Positions 25,171 through 44,284 of a DNA stretch of 64,000 bases are shown here, piece by piece. The stretch's first letter is position 1. Each line of letters begins with the position of its first letter. The DNA is taken from assembly GCF_009914755.1 (NCBI RefSeq), contig NC_060933.1; one strand, written 5' to 3'. This stretch comes from the human T2T-CHM13v2.0 reference genome, Homo sapiens. A program made the translations under genes and the position numbers. The notes beneath the pieces are model-generated. The model was given only the letters and a program-made list of their open reading frames with translations, had not been told where the DNA came from and did not search any database.

Positions 25171-27429
25171 GTTAAATTGCTTGTTCATGACAACAATGTT
25201 TTTATATTCTAATAATAAATTATTCAGAAGATCAATGAGGTGCTATATCAACTGCAGTGCCTTACACATAGGATACTTGTAATTACTATCTGTTGAATCA
25301 ACAAGTAAGTTTTACTAATAATAAATGTTCATCAAGCATTTTCTATATACCAGGCACTGGGCAAAATGCTTTACATAAATTATTTAGTCCTCATAATAGT
25401 CCTGTGAAGTAAATATAACAAAATACTAATAGTTAACATTTATATAATCAGTATTACTAAATAGGTTTATATAATCTATTTTGATTTACATAAAAATCAT
25501 ATAAATAACATTTTGGCTCTTGTTTTGAGGTCAAAAGACACGCCCAGGTCATAAAGCTAATACATTGTGAAACTAATGCTTGAACCCAAGTCTTCTGATC
25601 CTAAATATTGCTAACACTACACTGCCTGTCAGAGATCTTGATCTCATTATAAAACACTATTCTCTTGTAAGAGTTAAACTAACCAAAGACTATCATACAC
25701 GGAAGGAAGTTTGGTGCTTGCCCTTAAAAGGTGGGAGTACAGATGTCAGAGAACATTCCAGGTAATAGGAATGATTGTCAAAGAAGAAAAGAAGGTTGGA
25801 AAATGTGAGGTATTTTTGATGTTTAGCAGCTCAGGTGTGTGACAGGTACTTAGCAAACTGTAAAGACATGATATAAACATTAGTAGTTATTATAATGGAG
25901 TTATTACTAGAGTGTGCCAATTTGGATTCCTGACACATGTAGTATTTTGTTTGGATAAAAGGAGAAATCCCAAACTGTTCAAGCAACTGGAACACATATT
26001 ATACACATATATACGTTGGAGGACTGGACCCCTGCCATTCCTATTTTTATATGTTGAAATCTCGAACTGTCTAATCGTGGTGGTACAAAGTTCACTCCCT
26101 CAGCAGCCAAGATTGATTTTTTCTTTGAGTAGACATGCTTCACAGAAGTACCCTTTCCCGTTATATTTTGAAAGTCATCAGACATGCTGTTATAAATGAT
26201 CACGGAAGATTACTGGAGATGCTGCAAAATAATAGTGAACCAGGTAGCATCTGTAATTTCCAAGGATAGCTCGCAATCATCACTCAGAATGAACCTTATC
26301 TGAGTGCAGGGCTGAACTTTTTCTTTTCCTCCCTCTCTCTTCCTTTTACTACTTTATAACATAGCTGAAATAGATACTGCTCCTCATGAATTTTTATGCA
26401 AAATATTAAGTTGCAAGCCACTGCTGTGCAGACAGACTCTCTTTGTGAAGATGAGAGTTAGCCTGCATAGTTCAATGGCTGACATCCTCAGATACAAAGA
26501 CTTCATGTCAAACTGACCAGCTGAGAGTAAAAGTCCATGCTGGTTGCTGGCCCAAAAAGGGCTTTAGATGCCTCTTGGTTCAGACTTTCATATAGGCAGA
26601 GAGGAAAATTATTCCATGTTTGTTGACTGATTCAAAACTGCTCAAGGTATCTATTTTCTTAAGACATTATATATATCAGTCTCTCCCCAAGTCCTACTGA
26701 CTTTTTCTCATTAATGTCTCTTGAATCCACATTGTGTCTCTCTGTCTATGCTGTCATAACCAGCTCAGCCTCTTTCCTCTTTTCTCAATCATACCATTGT
26801 AGCTGCTTTTGACTTGATACCCCTTCCTGATGCCTTTCCTCTTTCTTCCATTTCTTTACCAGCTACTAGAGTGATTTTTCTGCCTTCCAGACCTTGTTTT
26901 TGCCTCCTTTGTTGTAAAATCTCTGATGGCTCCCACATTGCATAAGGGAGAAAGTCCAAGCTTCTTGGCAGGACATTGGTGGTTTTTCATTACCTGGCCA
27001 CAACCAGCCTTTACTTTAACTTTCTGGTTACTTCCTGTCATGCTACCCCCAAATGTGGCATGTAATTTTCTGCTTCTATGCATTTCCTTACCCACTTTCT
27101 GAAGCTTTTCCTGGTTTCAACCCCATTTCTTTCCCAGGGAAAAAAAAAAGTTTTTTTCCATGTGTGTCCCTAAAAAATGTAATCCAGGGAAAAATTATTG
27201 ATGGCCTAATTTGCACCAGACACTGTATTTTATCCTTGAAACTAAGAAATGTCACACTTCAGTTGGGAGAGTTCGGGAGATGAATAAAGGAACAGATAAT
27301 TATAACCCAATGAAGTAAACATAATAAAGGAAGGCTTAAATAAAAACCAGAGGAAGACTTTGTAGATGCTCTATCTAAAGTTTCCTATCTTTGTATACCC
27401 ATTCTTTATTATGTTATCCGGTTTTCTTT

Positions 27430-29920
<2,491 letters not shown>

Positions 29921-30989
29921 CAGTTGTATTTTCTTTACAGAATTTATTGCCTAAGTTTATTTATCCTGTTGTTTCCTTGTTTATTTTGGCTCCTCCACTG
30001 AAATACAAGTTCTGTATAAGCAGATCTTTGGATTCTTTCATTTACTCTCGTAACCTGGTGTTTAGAAAATTGCTTGGCATACTACAGGTGCTTGAGAAAT
30101 ATTTGTTGACTAAATAAATGTGATTGGAGAAGACTTCCTGCTCCCTTTTCCCTGTCCTCCTCCTTTTATCTTTCTCCTAGGTTAACCAAGAGTGGCCTAA
30201 AGTCTACTGCAGCCATTGAGTCATTATGATTATGATGTGCTTGATGTAAAATATAAATTTTATTTTATTCTGGGGATTTTTCTGACCTTCTATTACTCAT
30301 ATTCATTTATATATACATCTATTGATTATGCATATCACAAATGTGCTAACCACCATGCTAGATGTAGAAAAAGAAAGATGAAAAAGTAGAAGTCTCTTAA
30401 GTAACTTATTACAGCAGATTAAACAGACACTCATACACCAAGATAAGTGCTTTTAATTGTAGTTAACACAAAGGTACATCATTTTGAGGAGGGCACAGAT
30501 TGCTTTCATTGCACCTCATATTCTAGGCTCTATCTTTGGGCTATCTTAAATTTTCTTAAAATACAAATCATTTAATATTTATGGACAGCTACTTTGTGCA
30601 CAATGCTTAGATATGGAGATACAAATGGGAATGGTAGGTTCCATGTTCCTAGGCTACTGGAAGTCCAGTAGATTCTTCCCAAAAGGAATTTGAGTGTTCC
30701 ACAATGGATATCAAAATCCTGGCAAAAAGAAGGTAACACAAACATGTTAATCATGGTCAATCAAATATAAACTGTCTTCACATTTGGATTTGAAATTACT
30801 TTCTGCAAAGGCAAAATAGGAACTGGATTAGATTATAGAGCTTTTCAATGTGACAAAGTTGTGATTTTTGATGGATACTCTATTCTCTTTATATGCAATT
30901 CTTACAAAAAATTTTAGAGGATCTAATATCAGAGTCATCAAATGATTAACATACAATGTCCTACAAAATAGCTTTTGTAACCACAATTA

Positions 30990-31210
30990 AATCTAATAAC
31001 TGGCATTTATTGAATAAGGAGCTCCTGTAAATATGCATATACACCTCTCTTTTAATTCTCAACCTTATATGATGGATGCACTTATTCTCTCCAATTTGCA
31101 GATGGGGAAACCAAAAGCCCAAGAGTGAAACAATTTATCAAGGACTCACCACTAATAAGTGGTAGAGCCAGTAATCACATTCAGGTAGCCTGACTGCAGA
31201 GCCCATGCCT
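30990..31210 (-). mobile_element. MIR
   Basis: CCAATTTGCAGATGGGGAAAC..AAGTGGTAGAGCCAG..CTGACTGCAGAGCCC. Confidence 0.7.
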
Positions 31211-31380
31211 TTCCTCTGAGAAATACAGAAGGGAGTAGAATGAAGCCTCCTGACATTAACTCTCCATGAAACTCTGTTCATGTCAGTAAAGAACAACTCA
31301 GGACACGTCTGTGATTGTTTCACTCTGTGTCTCCTGTTGGTTCCTTGACCCTTTGGTAAAACGCCTAAGAGAGGGGTTTG

Positions 31381-32706
31381 CAATGGAACAGAATAGAGAA
31401 CCCAGATATGAGGCTGCACATCTACAATATGTGATCTTCAACAAAGCTGCAATGGGGAAAGAGCTCCCTATTCAATTAATGGTTCTGGGATACTGGCTAG
31501 CCATATGCAGAAGATTGAAATAAGACCCCTTCCTTACACCATATACAAAAATTAACTCAAGATGGGTTAAAGACTTAAACGTAAAACACAAAACTATAAA
31601 AAACCTGGAAGACAGCCTAGGCAATACCATTGTGGACATAGGAATGGGCACAGATTTTATGATAAAGATGCCAAAAGCAACTGCAACAAAAGCAAAAATT
31701 GGCAAATGGGATCCGATTAAACTAAAGAGCTTCTGCACAGCAAAAGAAACTATCAACAGAGTGAACAGACAACCCACAGAATGGGAGAAAAATTTACAGA
31801 CCATGAACCTAACAAAGGTCTAATATCCAGCATCTATAAGGAACTCAAATTTAAAAGAAAAAATCAACCCCCTTATAAAGTGAGCAAAGAATATGAACAA
31901 ACACTTTTCAAAATAAGACATACATGCAGTTAACCATCTTAAAAAAAAGCTCAACATCACTGATCATTAGAGAAATGCAAATCAAAGCCACAGTGAGATA
32001 CCATCTCACACCAGTCATAATGGCTGTTACTAAAAAGTCAAAAACTAACATGCTGGAGAGGTTGTGGAAAAAAAAGAATGCTTGTTCACTGTTGGTGGGA
32101 GTGTAAATTATTTCAACCATTGTGGAAGACAGTGTTGCAATTTCTCAAAAATCTAAAAAAAGAAATACCATTCTACCCAGCAATCCCCTTCCTAGGCATA
32201 TACCCAAAGGAATATAAATTGTTCTGTCATAAAGACATATGCACGTGTGTGTTCATTACAGCACTATTCACAATGGCAAAGACATGGAATTAACTTAAAT
32301 GCCCATCAATGTAAACTGGATAAAGAAAATGTGGTACACATACAGCATGGAATACTCTGCAGCCATAAAAAAGGATGAGATCATGTCCTTTGTAGGGCCA
32401 TGGATGGAGCTGGAGGCCATTATCCTTAGCAAAGTAATACAGAAACAAAAAAACCAAAGACTGCATGTTCTCACTTATAAGTGGGAGCTAAATGTTGAAA
32501 ACACATGGACACATAGAAGGGAATAACACACACTGGGACCTATCAGAAGGTGGAGGATGGGAGGAGGGAGAGGATCAGGAAAAATAACTAATGAATATTG
32601 GCCTAATACCTGGCTAATGAGGTCTGTACAATAAACCCATATGACAGAAGTTTACTTATATAACAAACCTGCACATGTACTCCTGAACTTAAAAGTTAAA
32701 TTTAAA
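31381..32706 (+). mobile_element. 5'-truncated L1PA15/16-like element
   Basis: ORF2 C-terminal fragments (31632-32526). 3' UTR GGGAGGAGGGAGAGGATCAGGAAAAATAACTAATG. Degenerate TSD AAGAGAGGGGTTTG / AAAGGAGTGGTTTG. Confidence 0.9.
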
Positions 32707-33599
32707 AAGGAGTGGTTTGATAGTATGAATATTTTCCCTCAATGCCCAGGAGCTTCTGACAGGGCCCAGACTGCAGGCATTATGGACTGAAATTGCCTCA
32801 TAAGGCTCCGTGTATTTGGTTGAGTATGGGGTATTATAATTTGGAAGCTAGAGGAGCAGATAGTAGGGTTGGCATTCCATATGAAAGCTGAGAACCCCAG
32901 CAAATGTTCCTCCCTTGATGACAGACCTCTTCATTTCCTCATGGAGAAAGGTCATAGGGAATCTACAGACAAAGTCAGGGTTTCTCTTAGAATAAGCTTT
33001 TGATTAATTCTAGCTTTGAATTCACGTTTTGACCAGCTAAAACCCTTGGAGGGATTTCTGTTGCTGACTCTTGGAAAAAAGTTTGTCAAGGTGGCACCTC
33101 TTACTTTCATCTACCAAACTGAAGGGAATGAGGCTGAAAGAATATGCTGAAAAATCTACTTGAGCCCAGGCTGCATTTTTTTTTCCTATCAACTTTATAC
33201 ATTTCATGCCTTGTTTCTTAAAAGAAAAAAATACTGTAGGTGAACTTTACAATGAATGCTCTGAACAAGTCCTTTAAATGACTCTATAATGAGAAAACTC
33301 TTTTGTATGAATTTGTGAAGTTCACAGTCAATGCTGATCAATAAATTCTGCACAAGTTATTTTTTAAAAATGTAATTTATCATAGGGTGGGGGAAAGAAT
33401 GTACAGATTGGATTGCTTCTTCCAACTTTCAGAGATAAAGAATAGATTTGATAGCAATGAGACTAAAGTATCTTGCCACACTGCCCGCACTGCCTCAACC
33501 CCCTCCTCCTCACCAACTCCTACTCCTGGTTTTCCTTTTCTAGTGCCCTGTCTGTAGTAACCCTGGCTGGGGCTGCTGTGGATTCATCAATGGTGCTTT

Positions 33600-33900
33600 G
33601 ACGAAGCTGGAAACCATCATTCTCAGCAAACTATCGCAAGGACAAAAAACCAAACACCTCATGTTGTCATTCATAGGTGGGAACTGAACAATGAGAACAC
33701 CTGGACACAGGAAGGGGAACACCACACAGCGGGGCCTGTCTTGGGGTGAGGGGAAGGGGGAGGGATAGCATTAGGAGATATACCTAATGTAAATGACAAG
33801 TTAATGGGTGCAGCACACCAAAATGGCACATGTATACATATGTAACAAACCTGCACGTTGTGCACATGTACCCTAGAACTTAAAATATAATTAAAAAAAG
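33600..33900 (+). mobile_element. Short L1PA4/5-like 3' end (~300 bp)
   Basis: GAAGCTGGAAACCATCATTCTCAGCAAACTATCGCAAGG ... GTACCCTAGAACTTAAA plus A tail. Confidence 0.95.
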
Positions 33901-35229
33901 AGAAAAATTCAAAGATGTATGATACTTCCTGGACAGCAGATAGTACATTTCAGCACCTTTTTTCATGGATTTCTGACATACCTTCTTTAATACCTGTAAC
34001 TCAGAAGGACATCATTCTTAGATGTTGTGGGCTCCATCCTCAGTTTTCAAATTGCCCATTTCCCAGGAAGAACTGTGGTAGTAATATTTTGAGTTGCTTT
34101 TATTGTTTAGGAGTTTATCTCCTTTCAGTAGAGCAGACTAGAACATGAGTATTAGAATTTAACTGCGTGCTTTTGAATCTTAGCCGTATCATTAGGCCTT
34201 GGAAAAATTCTTTCAGCTGTGTAAGCTTCAGTTTCTTCATCTATAGGATAGGAATAATAGTAGTGTGTCTGCCCTTATATGGCTAATCACAAAGTAAAGT
34301 TCTTATGTGTGAAGTATAGTGATTTGTTCACATCAATTATTCAATTAACTTTTCTTATAATTATGGTTGAGTTATATGACTTTCGTTGTCTTAAAAATAA
34401 TAAATATATGTTTTTCTTCTCTGAATCCCAGAATTTAGTATGGGATACAGCACACTGGATTAATGACAGCAATGAAGCCTGAGTATGATGGTTCCATGGA
34501 TCCTCTCAAGTCAGCTCCTAAATTAGTGTTCTCCTTTGCATTTTAGTCTTGGCTCTGCTATGAGTTCAGTGTGACCTGGGAGTGGTATCCTTTGCCTTCC
34601 CAGAAAATGTGGGATGGTCAGGTAGGTCTTTGGAGCTCTGAAATTCCTTGCTTCTTTGACACTCTCTCCTTGGTGTTCTGGTTTCTTATGGTGACCAAAT
34701 ATCCCGCACTGTCAGGATGCAGAATATATTGGCCTATGTACCATCAGACCCAGAAGTCATGAGTCAAACGGTTGACTGATTTTGAGGAGAGCAGCTCAAA
34801 CCTAGGAGTCAAGAGGCATGGCCTGGAGTTGTAAAATCTTCATTCTATTCCTTGTTCTGCTTTTTCTGGATGTTTGACTATGGGCAAGTCCCCTAGCCTC
34901 TCTTGGCCTGCTCTCTATGTAGGTATGATGACCTTTACTCTGTTTATTGCTCAGAGTGGTGATGAGGTTCCAAGAAAATGAGTATTTGGTCAACTGCAAC
35001 ATGTACACAGTTGTAGTCGTGCTGCCATGGTTTTTGTGTTAGGATGCAGTTTCCCTTGCTTTAGGAGTTTACAGAGATGAGGATACAGAGATTTTTTCAG
35101 AGAAAGCCAGCAGACATTTACTCAGAGTGGTCAGATCATGCTTAACTTCTGGGCAGAACATAAAAGTTGTAAATTACAGGCCATGAAGAGAACTGGACTG
35201 CAATGACTCTAGGAATAATAATTATAATT

Positions 35230-35470
35230 GAATTCATAACAACAGCAGAAGCTTCTTTCAGTTAAGTGCATATTATGTGACAGGCACCGAACTAAGTGCA
35301 TTAAATTTATTATCTCATTTAATCCTCACAACAAACCCATGAGGTAATAAGTACTCTTATTATCTCCATTGTGCTAGCGAGCAAGCAGGTTCAAGGGGGT
35401 CTCAGAGTTAATAAGTGTGATTGAACAGGTTGGCATAATTCCCAAGTTTGGGCTCTTTACTCCTGCATTA
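35230..35470 (-). mobile_element. MIR
   Basis: ATCTCATTTAATCCTCACAACAAACCCATGAGGTA. Confidence 0.75.
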
Positions 35471-36769
35471 TCTCACATCCAAGGAGTGGAAACAGAATGA
35501 AATTAGGGTCGTGCCCAACCTAGTGTTACTTTACTGAAAGTTTATGCCCTCTGGCCTCTTATATCTTAACTGAAACTAAGTTTATTTTCAGGATGTTAAT
35601 TTCTTCTTAGCCAGTTTCTTCTCCCAAGGAAGAGGCTATGGATCTGGAGCTTTGGACAATGAAATAAATGATGAATCCTTAAGCAAACTAGAGGTGAGGG
35701 CTGCCTAGGAGAGAGCTGAAGCATGGCTAGGAGACCTGAAAAGGGTGACAACTGTGACAAATAATGTATTAATAGGAATCAGTTTAATAAGGGAAACAAG
35801 GAAGAGCCCAGGCCATGGTGGTACCATGAGACTTATCTGGGACATATCTGAGAGGACAGGGCCTGAGCTTGGACTCACTTCTCCTCAAGACCAAATTTGC
35901 CTAATGAAAAGTTGAGGCCACTTTCAGCGAAGGAAACACTGCTTCTCAGGCAACCTGTCATTGACTTCAGGAAAACTAAGAAGGCCTTCACTTGACACAA
36001 TCTTATTATCTTGGAAGTGAGTAAAACAGATTTTTGAAGACTTAACCTTGCAATTTCTACTAACCAAAAACACCATTTCTACTGGTTACTGAGGACTGTT
36101 CTGCAGCAGACATTACACTAACCTTTTACCTCTATTCACCCTCTCCATCATAATGAGCTGGGTATTGTTCATCCCAATTTTAAATGAAAAAACTGAGGGT
36201 CAGGGAGAGTACACAACCTGTCCAAAGTCACACTGCTTGTGAGAGAATATGATTGAGATTTAAATCCAGGTCTATCTTAATCATGTCCCTCTATAGCTTC
36301 CTAAAACTGAGACAAAGGAAGCCTAAACACTATTACATTTGCATAACATCTGGTAATCTTTTATCTGTGTGCTGAGCCATTGTTTGAAGATGTAAAAGAA
36401 ACCAAGTTAAATACTTTTGCATTCTATAGTATTTTGACAATTCTCATCCTTCTGCATAGTCTTATTTTGGTTTTTTGCCAAGTGTGTAAATACATGTGGG
36501 GATATGTTACCCTAAGAGAGCAGGGTGCAGAATTCTTACTTCCTGCCTGAGGTTTCCTCTTCTCTGCCAAACAGAATGCATCTGGCCTATTACAGATAAA
36601 ATAAGCAGACACTAATCAGGAGAAACTGAAGCCCAAGGGAGGTGAGGAGATGGCACAGAAGTCTTGGCTTTGTAAAAATGAATGCCGGACATTTGACTCA
36701 AAACTGTTTATATACTAAGGCTCTGAGAAAATGTCTATATGTGGCTCTTTGTCTCACCGATAATTAAAA

Positions 36770-37330
36770 AGATAGTATTCACCAAGATCTGTCAATTCTA
36801 GCTTCTAAGTATCCCTTAATTCTGCCAACTTCTATCTTACTGCTGTTTTCCTTATGTTAGCCACCATCATCTTGAACCCCAGTTACTGAAAGGGCCCTCT
36901 AAAAGGTCTCCTCAAATTCTGTCTTCCCTCCTACCCCATCTAATCCATTCTCCACACTACAGTCAAGATGTTCTTCCTAAAGAACATCTTGTTTATCCAG
37001 TCATTCCTGTTTCAAATAGGTCAATAAATGTTTCTTGATGATCTTAGGGTAAAACACAAACTTCTTAAGAGTAGTTACAAGCAGCTTCATAATCCTGTTT
37101 CTCTAGGTTCATTCCTAGCACTTCCTTCCCTTCCCTTCAAGATCTTCCCAGAACCAGGACTCCTGCAACATTAACCACCCATTGATTTGCCAACTTCTTT
37201 CTTGTTGCTGGGCAGAAGTGTATACTGTTCTTTTTGTCTCCTTTAAGGACCCTTCCTTCTTAACATGACTTAGTACTACTTACTTTATGAAATATCTGCT
37301 TGGAGATCACTTTCTCTGGAAAAGTGCCAT
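36770..37330 (+). mobile_element. L2 fragment
   Basis: TAATCCATTCTCCACACT, AAAACACAAACTTCTTA motifs. Confidence 0.6.
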
Positions 37331-37399
37331 TGCCTCCTCCAATTCTCTGAACAACTGGCCTATATAGGGAAGGATTAGACTGATTGTGGTGTCAGGGAT

Positions 37400-37555
37400 T
37401 AGAGCTGAGGATAATGTATGAAAAGCTATGAAGCACAGACTTCAGCTAAATTCAAAAAAGACATTTCCAACATTCATAATGGTCCACAGACTGAGTTAGG
37501 CAATGAGTTTCCCGTCACTGAGAGCGAGCAGAACAAGGATGGACAGTCCTTTGGA
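37400..37555 (+). mobile_element. L3/CR1 or MIR3 3' remnant
   Basis: CAGACTTCAGCT..AAAGACATTTCC..AATGAGTTTCCCGTCACTG. Confidence 0.5.
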
Positions 37556-38439
37556 GGGGAAAGTGAAGAACATTTCTGAACACTAAGGCGGGGGTTTATG
37601 GGAAAAAAGGAAGGAAAAACAGGATGATTTTCCACTGTCTTTTCTGAGGATTTATGAGTTTAGTCTCTATAATTGCATTAAATAAACAATTTTCTTTCTG
37701 TTTTTAATATTCCTTTCTTTTCTTTCTCTCTCTTAATCTCTTTCTTTCTTTCTTTTTCAACTTCTTTGAGAACTACTAGCACTATTATAGATGAGAAACA
37801 GAGTGATATTTACACCAGCATAACTAATAATAAACAGGCAGAGATAATATGCCCCCTTCCCCTTGTGGTATTTGTGTGCCTCTATATAAAAGAAAAAGAG
37901 TTTCCCTTACTTTCTTCTTAGAGAAGACAGCTTCACTAGTAAAAATGAGGTTTTTCAGTAGGGAGACTCTCCCAGGTATAAGAACTATATTTTCTCCTAT
38001 TTTTGTTTATCAGAATGAAATGGGGCAGCCTCTCTTGGCTGCACCTTGTCAGGGAAAAATTTGTCTAGATATACGACTCCATCAACACCAGGATGGGGCA
38101 GGAGTGGAGGAAAGGAAGAATGCATTCTTAGAGAGGAAAGTTGTTGGGTTAGCATTCTCTATACACATTTTCCCTTATGAGAGAGATATAGCATCTCCAG
38201 AATACCTGCACACACAGGTTGGAGCAGCCAGGATGTGCTGTCCAGAAGAATAAAGTTTCATTAATAAATTCTATAAATATTTATTGAGCACCTACAGGTG
38301 CTGTTCTTGGTGATAGTAATATAGTGAATGTGTCAAAAATCCATAGCCTTATGAGCTTACCTTCCAGTGGAGGATATTGAACAAGTAATCAAATAAAAGC
38401 ATATTATACTTTCAGGCAATAAAAAATGCTGCAGAGGGT

Positions 38440-39130
<691 letters not shown>

Positions 39131-39139
39131 AGAGAGCAC

Positions 39140-41150
<2,011 letters not shown>

Positions 41151-43132
41151 AAACGGCCCTTTCAAGTCAGGGCTGTGTCCTACAGTTTAGAGCTGTGTGG
41201 CCCTTCACAGCATAGGCTCTTATGCACTGACTCTGCCAATTTGTCTTGGTTTTAGTCTTTCCTCAAAGCCACCAAGTCACGTAATAACGGAGGCAGAAGT
41301 TGAATTCACAGACCATCTCACTCAGGTTTTTCTGACTTATCCAATCTTATTTGGTACCAGAAGTAAGAGAGCTTTCCCCTTGAGTAACGTTTTTTTTGGC
41401 ACTCCTCAGTCCTCTTAGTGTTTGGTAGCACTGATTTCTCAATTTTAATTTCTTTCTGATTCACATTACTTTATTACCTGACTTAGATCTGCATCCTCTG
41501 TAAGGGGAGTCAACTATAAGTCTTAGAGACTAATGATCAACATGAAGGAACTATGTCTTTGCCTCACACCTGCCTTAAGATTGTTTTCAAAGTCTGTTAA
41601 TACAGTCTTTTAAGCAGGACAGCCAATCCTCAAGGAAGATTTAGAAGCAGAAAAGTAGGGATTTTAATTTTAAGCTCCATGCTTTTGCTTTGCCATGGCC
41701 TCTCCCAGCTTGGTATTACCTGTGGAAATGAAATACATCCCTAGGTCTGCATAATTAGCATCCAGGTCCAGCCCACAATCAATTAGCTGGCATAAGCCTT
41801 GCACTCATTCCTCTGGTTACTCTGCCTATTAAGTCTATCTTCCTATTGTAACAATGGAATTTATGGATTCCTGGGGGTCTGTACCTGAAAATCAATTTTC
41901 ACTCAGCATCTTTCTTTTACTTCAATTTTGGTCTTCTTGAGCCAATGCAAGGATTTTTGTCAGCTCTTTAGAAAATCGGGAACTGTATCTCTTCTTTAGA
42001 CCTGTTCTCAGCACATTGGTGAGCTTTCAGAGCATGGTGGCTCCTGGTATTAGGATGACTACTTTTTTCTGAAAGCCTCCACTGAACCTCTGACATATCT
42101 CCAGAATCTCCACGGCCCCCAGAATTCACCTGGTCTGACTTCTTGGAAAACCAATCAAGGCTTTGCTCCCTTTTATTCTAAGTAAAATGCTAAGTGCCAA
42201 GTCTACACTGCCTAGATTATGCTCTCATTGAGCGGTTTTGTATTTGTCCACCTAGCAGAGGTTCTTGGCCTCTAGGAAGACCATGTGATTTCATTGGAAG
42301 AAAGAACATAGAGTTCTGGAATCTTCTTTTGGAATAATTTTTTTTTCTGGCTGTTCCAAGGGTGTACCACTCTTTATTTTACTATCCCTCTAAGAACAAA
42401 TTTAATTGAAGTGAAAACAGCCTAAGATGTGTGGGTAGTCAAATAGACATGGATTAAGATTGAGGTCCATAGCATTACTATTTATTGACTTTGTGACTTT
42501 GGCCACAATTTCATTCTTAGTCTTTTCCACCGTAAAATGAAGGTAAAAAGACTTATGGTATTGAATTTTAGTAAGCGTTCCTAATAATTGGTCAAGTGCT
42601 CAGTATAAATAGTAGGTATAAAAACTCATTAATATAGATAATAACAGTTATAGAGCATGTGCCGTATACTATTTCAGGCCATAAACAAAAAATGAATAGG
42701 AAATAGTCTTTTACTCTAAAATATCTCCTTATCTGGTGGGACACATAAAGAATAATTCTAATACCACACAGCATCTGGAATAATAGAGTAAGCACAAAGT
42801 CTTAAAGGAGTCTTAAACAATGATTGATTCCTTTTAGGTGGTAGCAGAAGTGCCACCTGAGCTGGAGTTTTCTAAAAAATGAAGGACATTTTGGGCAGCA
42901 AGAACATTATGAACAAAGGAATGGAGATATGAAACAATGTTCTGGCTTTTGAAATAGTGGATGAAATCCAGTTTCTGGTAGGGTAATGGTAGCTGCCAAA
43001 AGCCAAATCTCTCCACATTCCCTCCAAAAAGCATACATATCAATAAGGAAAGCAAATAAAACCACCCAAAGTTCATGCCTAAAGCACATAAAAGACAAGA
43101 ATACCACAAGCTCAATTTTTGTGTAAGCAGGG

Positions 43133-43975
<843 letters not shown>

Positions 43976-44211
43976 AGGAAAATAAACGTTTCAATGCCCA
44001 GGTATACTCTGAGGTCAAGCCAGAGAAGAGTTGGGCAGAGACTTCAAAAACAATGAAGGAGGGGTTAGGAAGGTCCTAGCATCAGTGGAATAGAATAAAA
44101 TTACTCTTATAAAGAGGGAAACCTACCCTTAGTGGAGAAATACTGAGAATGGGTCTGAGACAAAATGCATTAGAGCACTGGTTGCTAGAAAATCAAAGCA
44201 TAGGAGATTTA

Positions 44212-44284
44212 GGAGATGGAGGCTGCAGTGAATTATGATTGCATCACTATATTTCAGCCTCATCCTGTCTCCAGAAAAAAAAAA
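44212..44284 (+). mobile_element. 5'-truncated AluJ/FLAM 3' end
   Basis: GGAGGCTGCAGTGAATTATGATTGCATCACT plus A tail. TSD ATAGG(A/G)GATTTA at 44200-11 / 44285-96. Confidence 0.8.

Noticed and set aside
25255-25360. Tail-to-tail L2/MIR ends resembling miR-28-type hairpins
   Set aside because: Pairing is too degenerate beyond the CAGTGCCT/AGGCACTG ends
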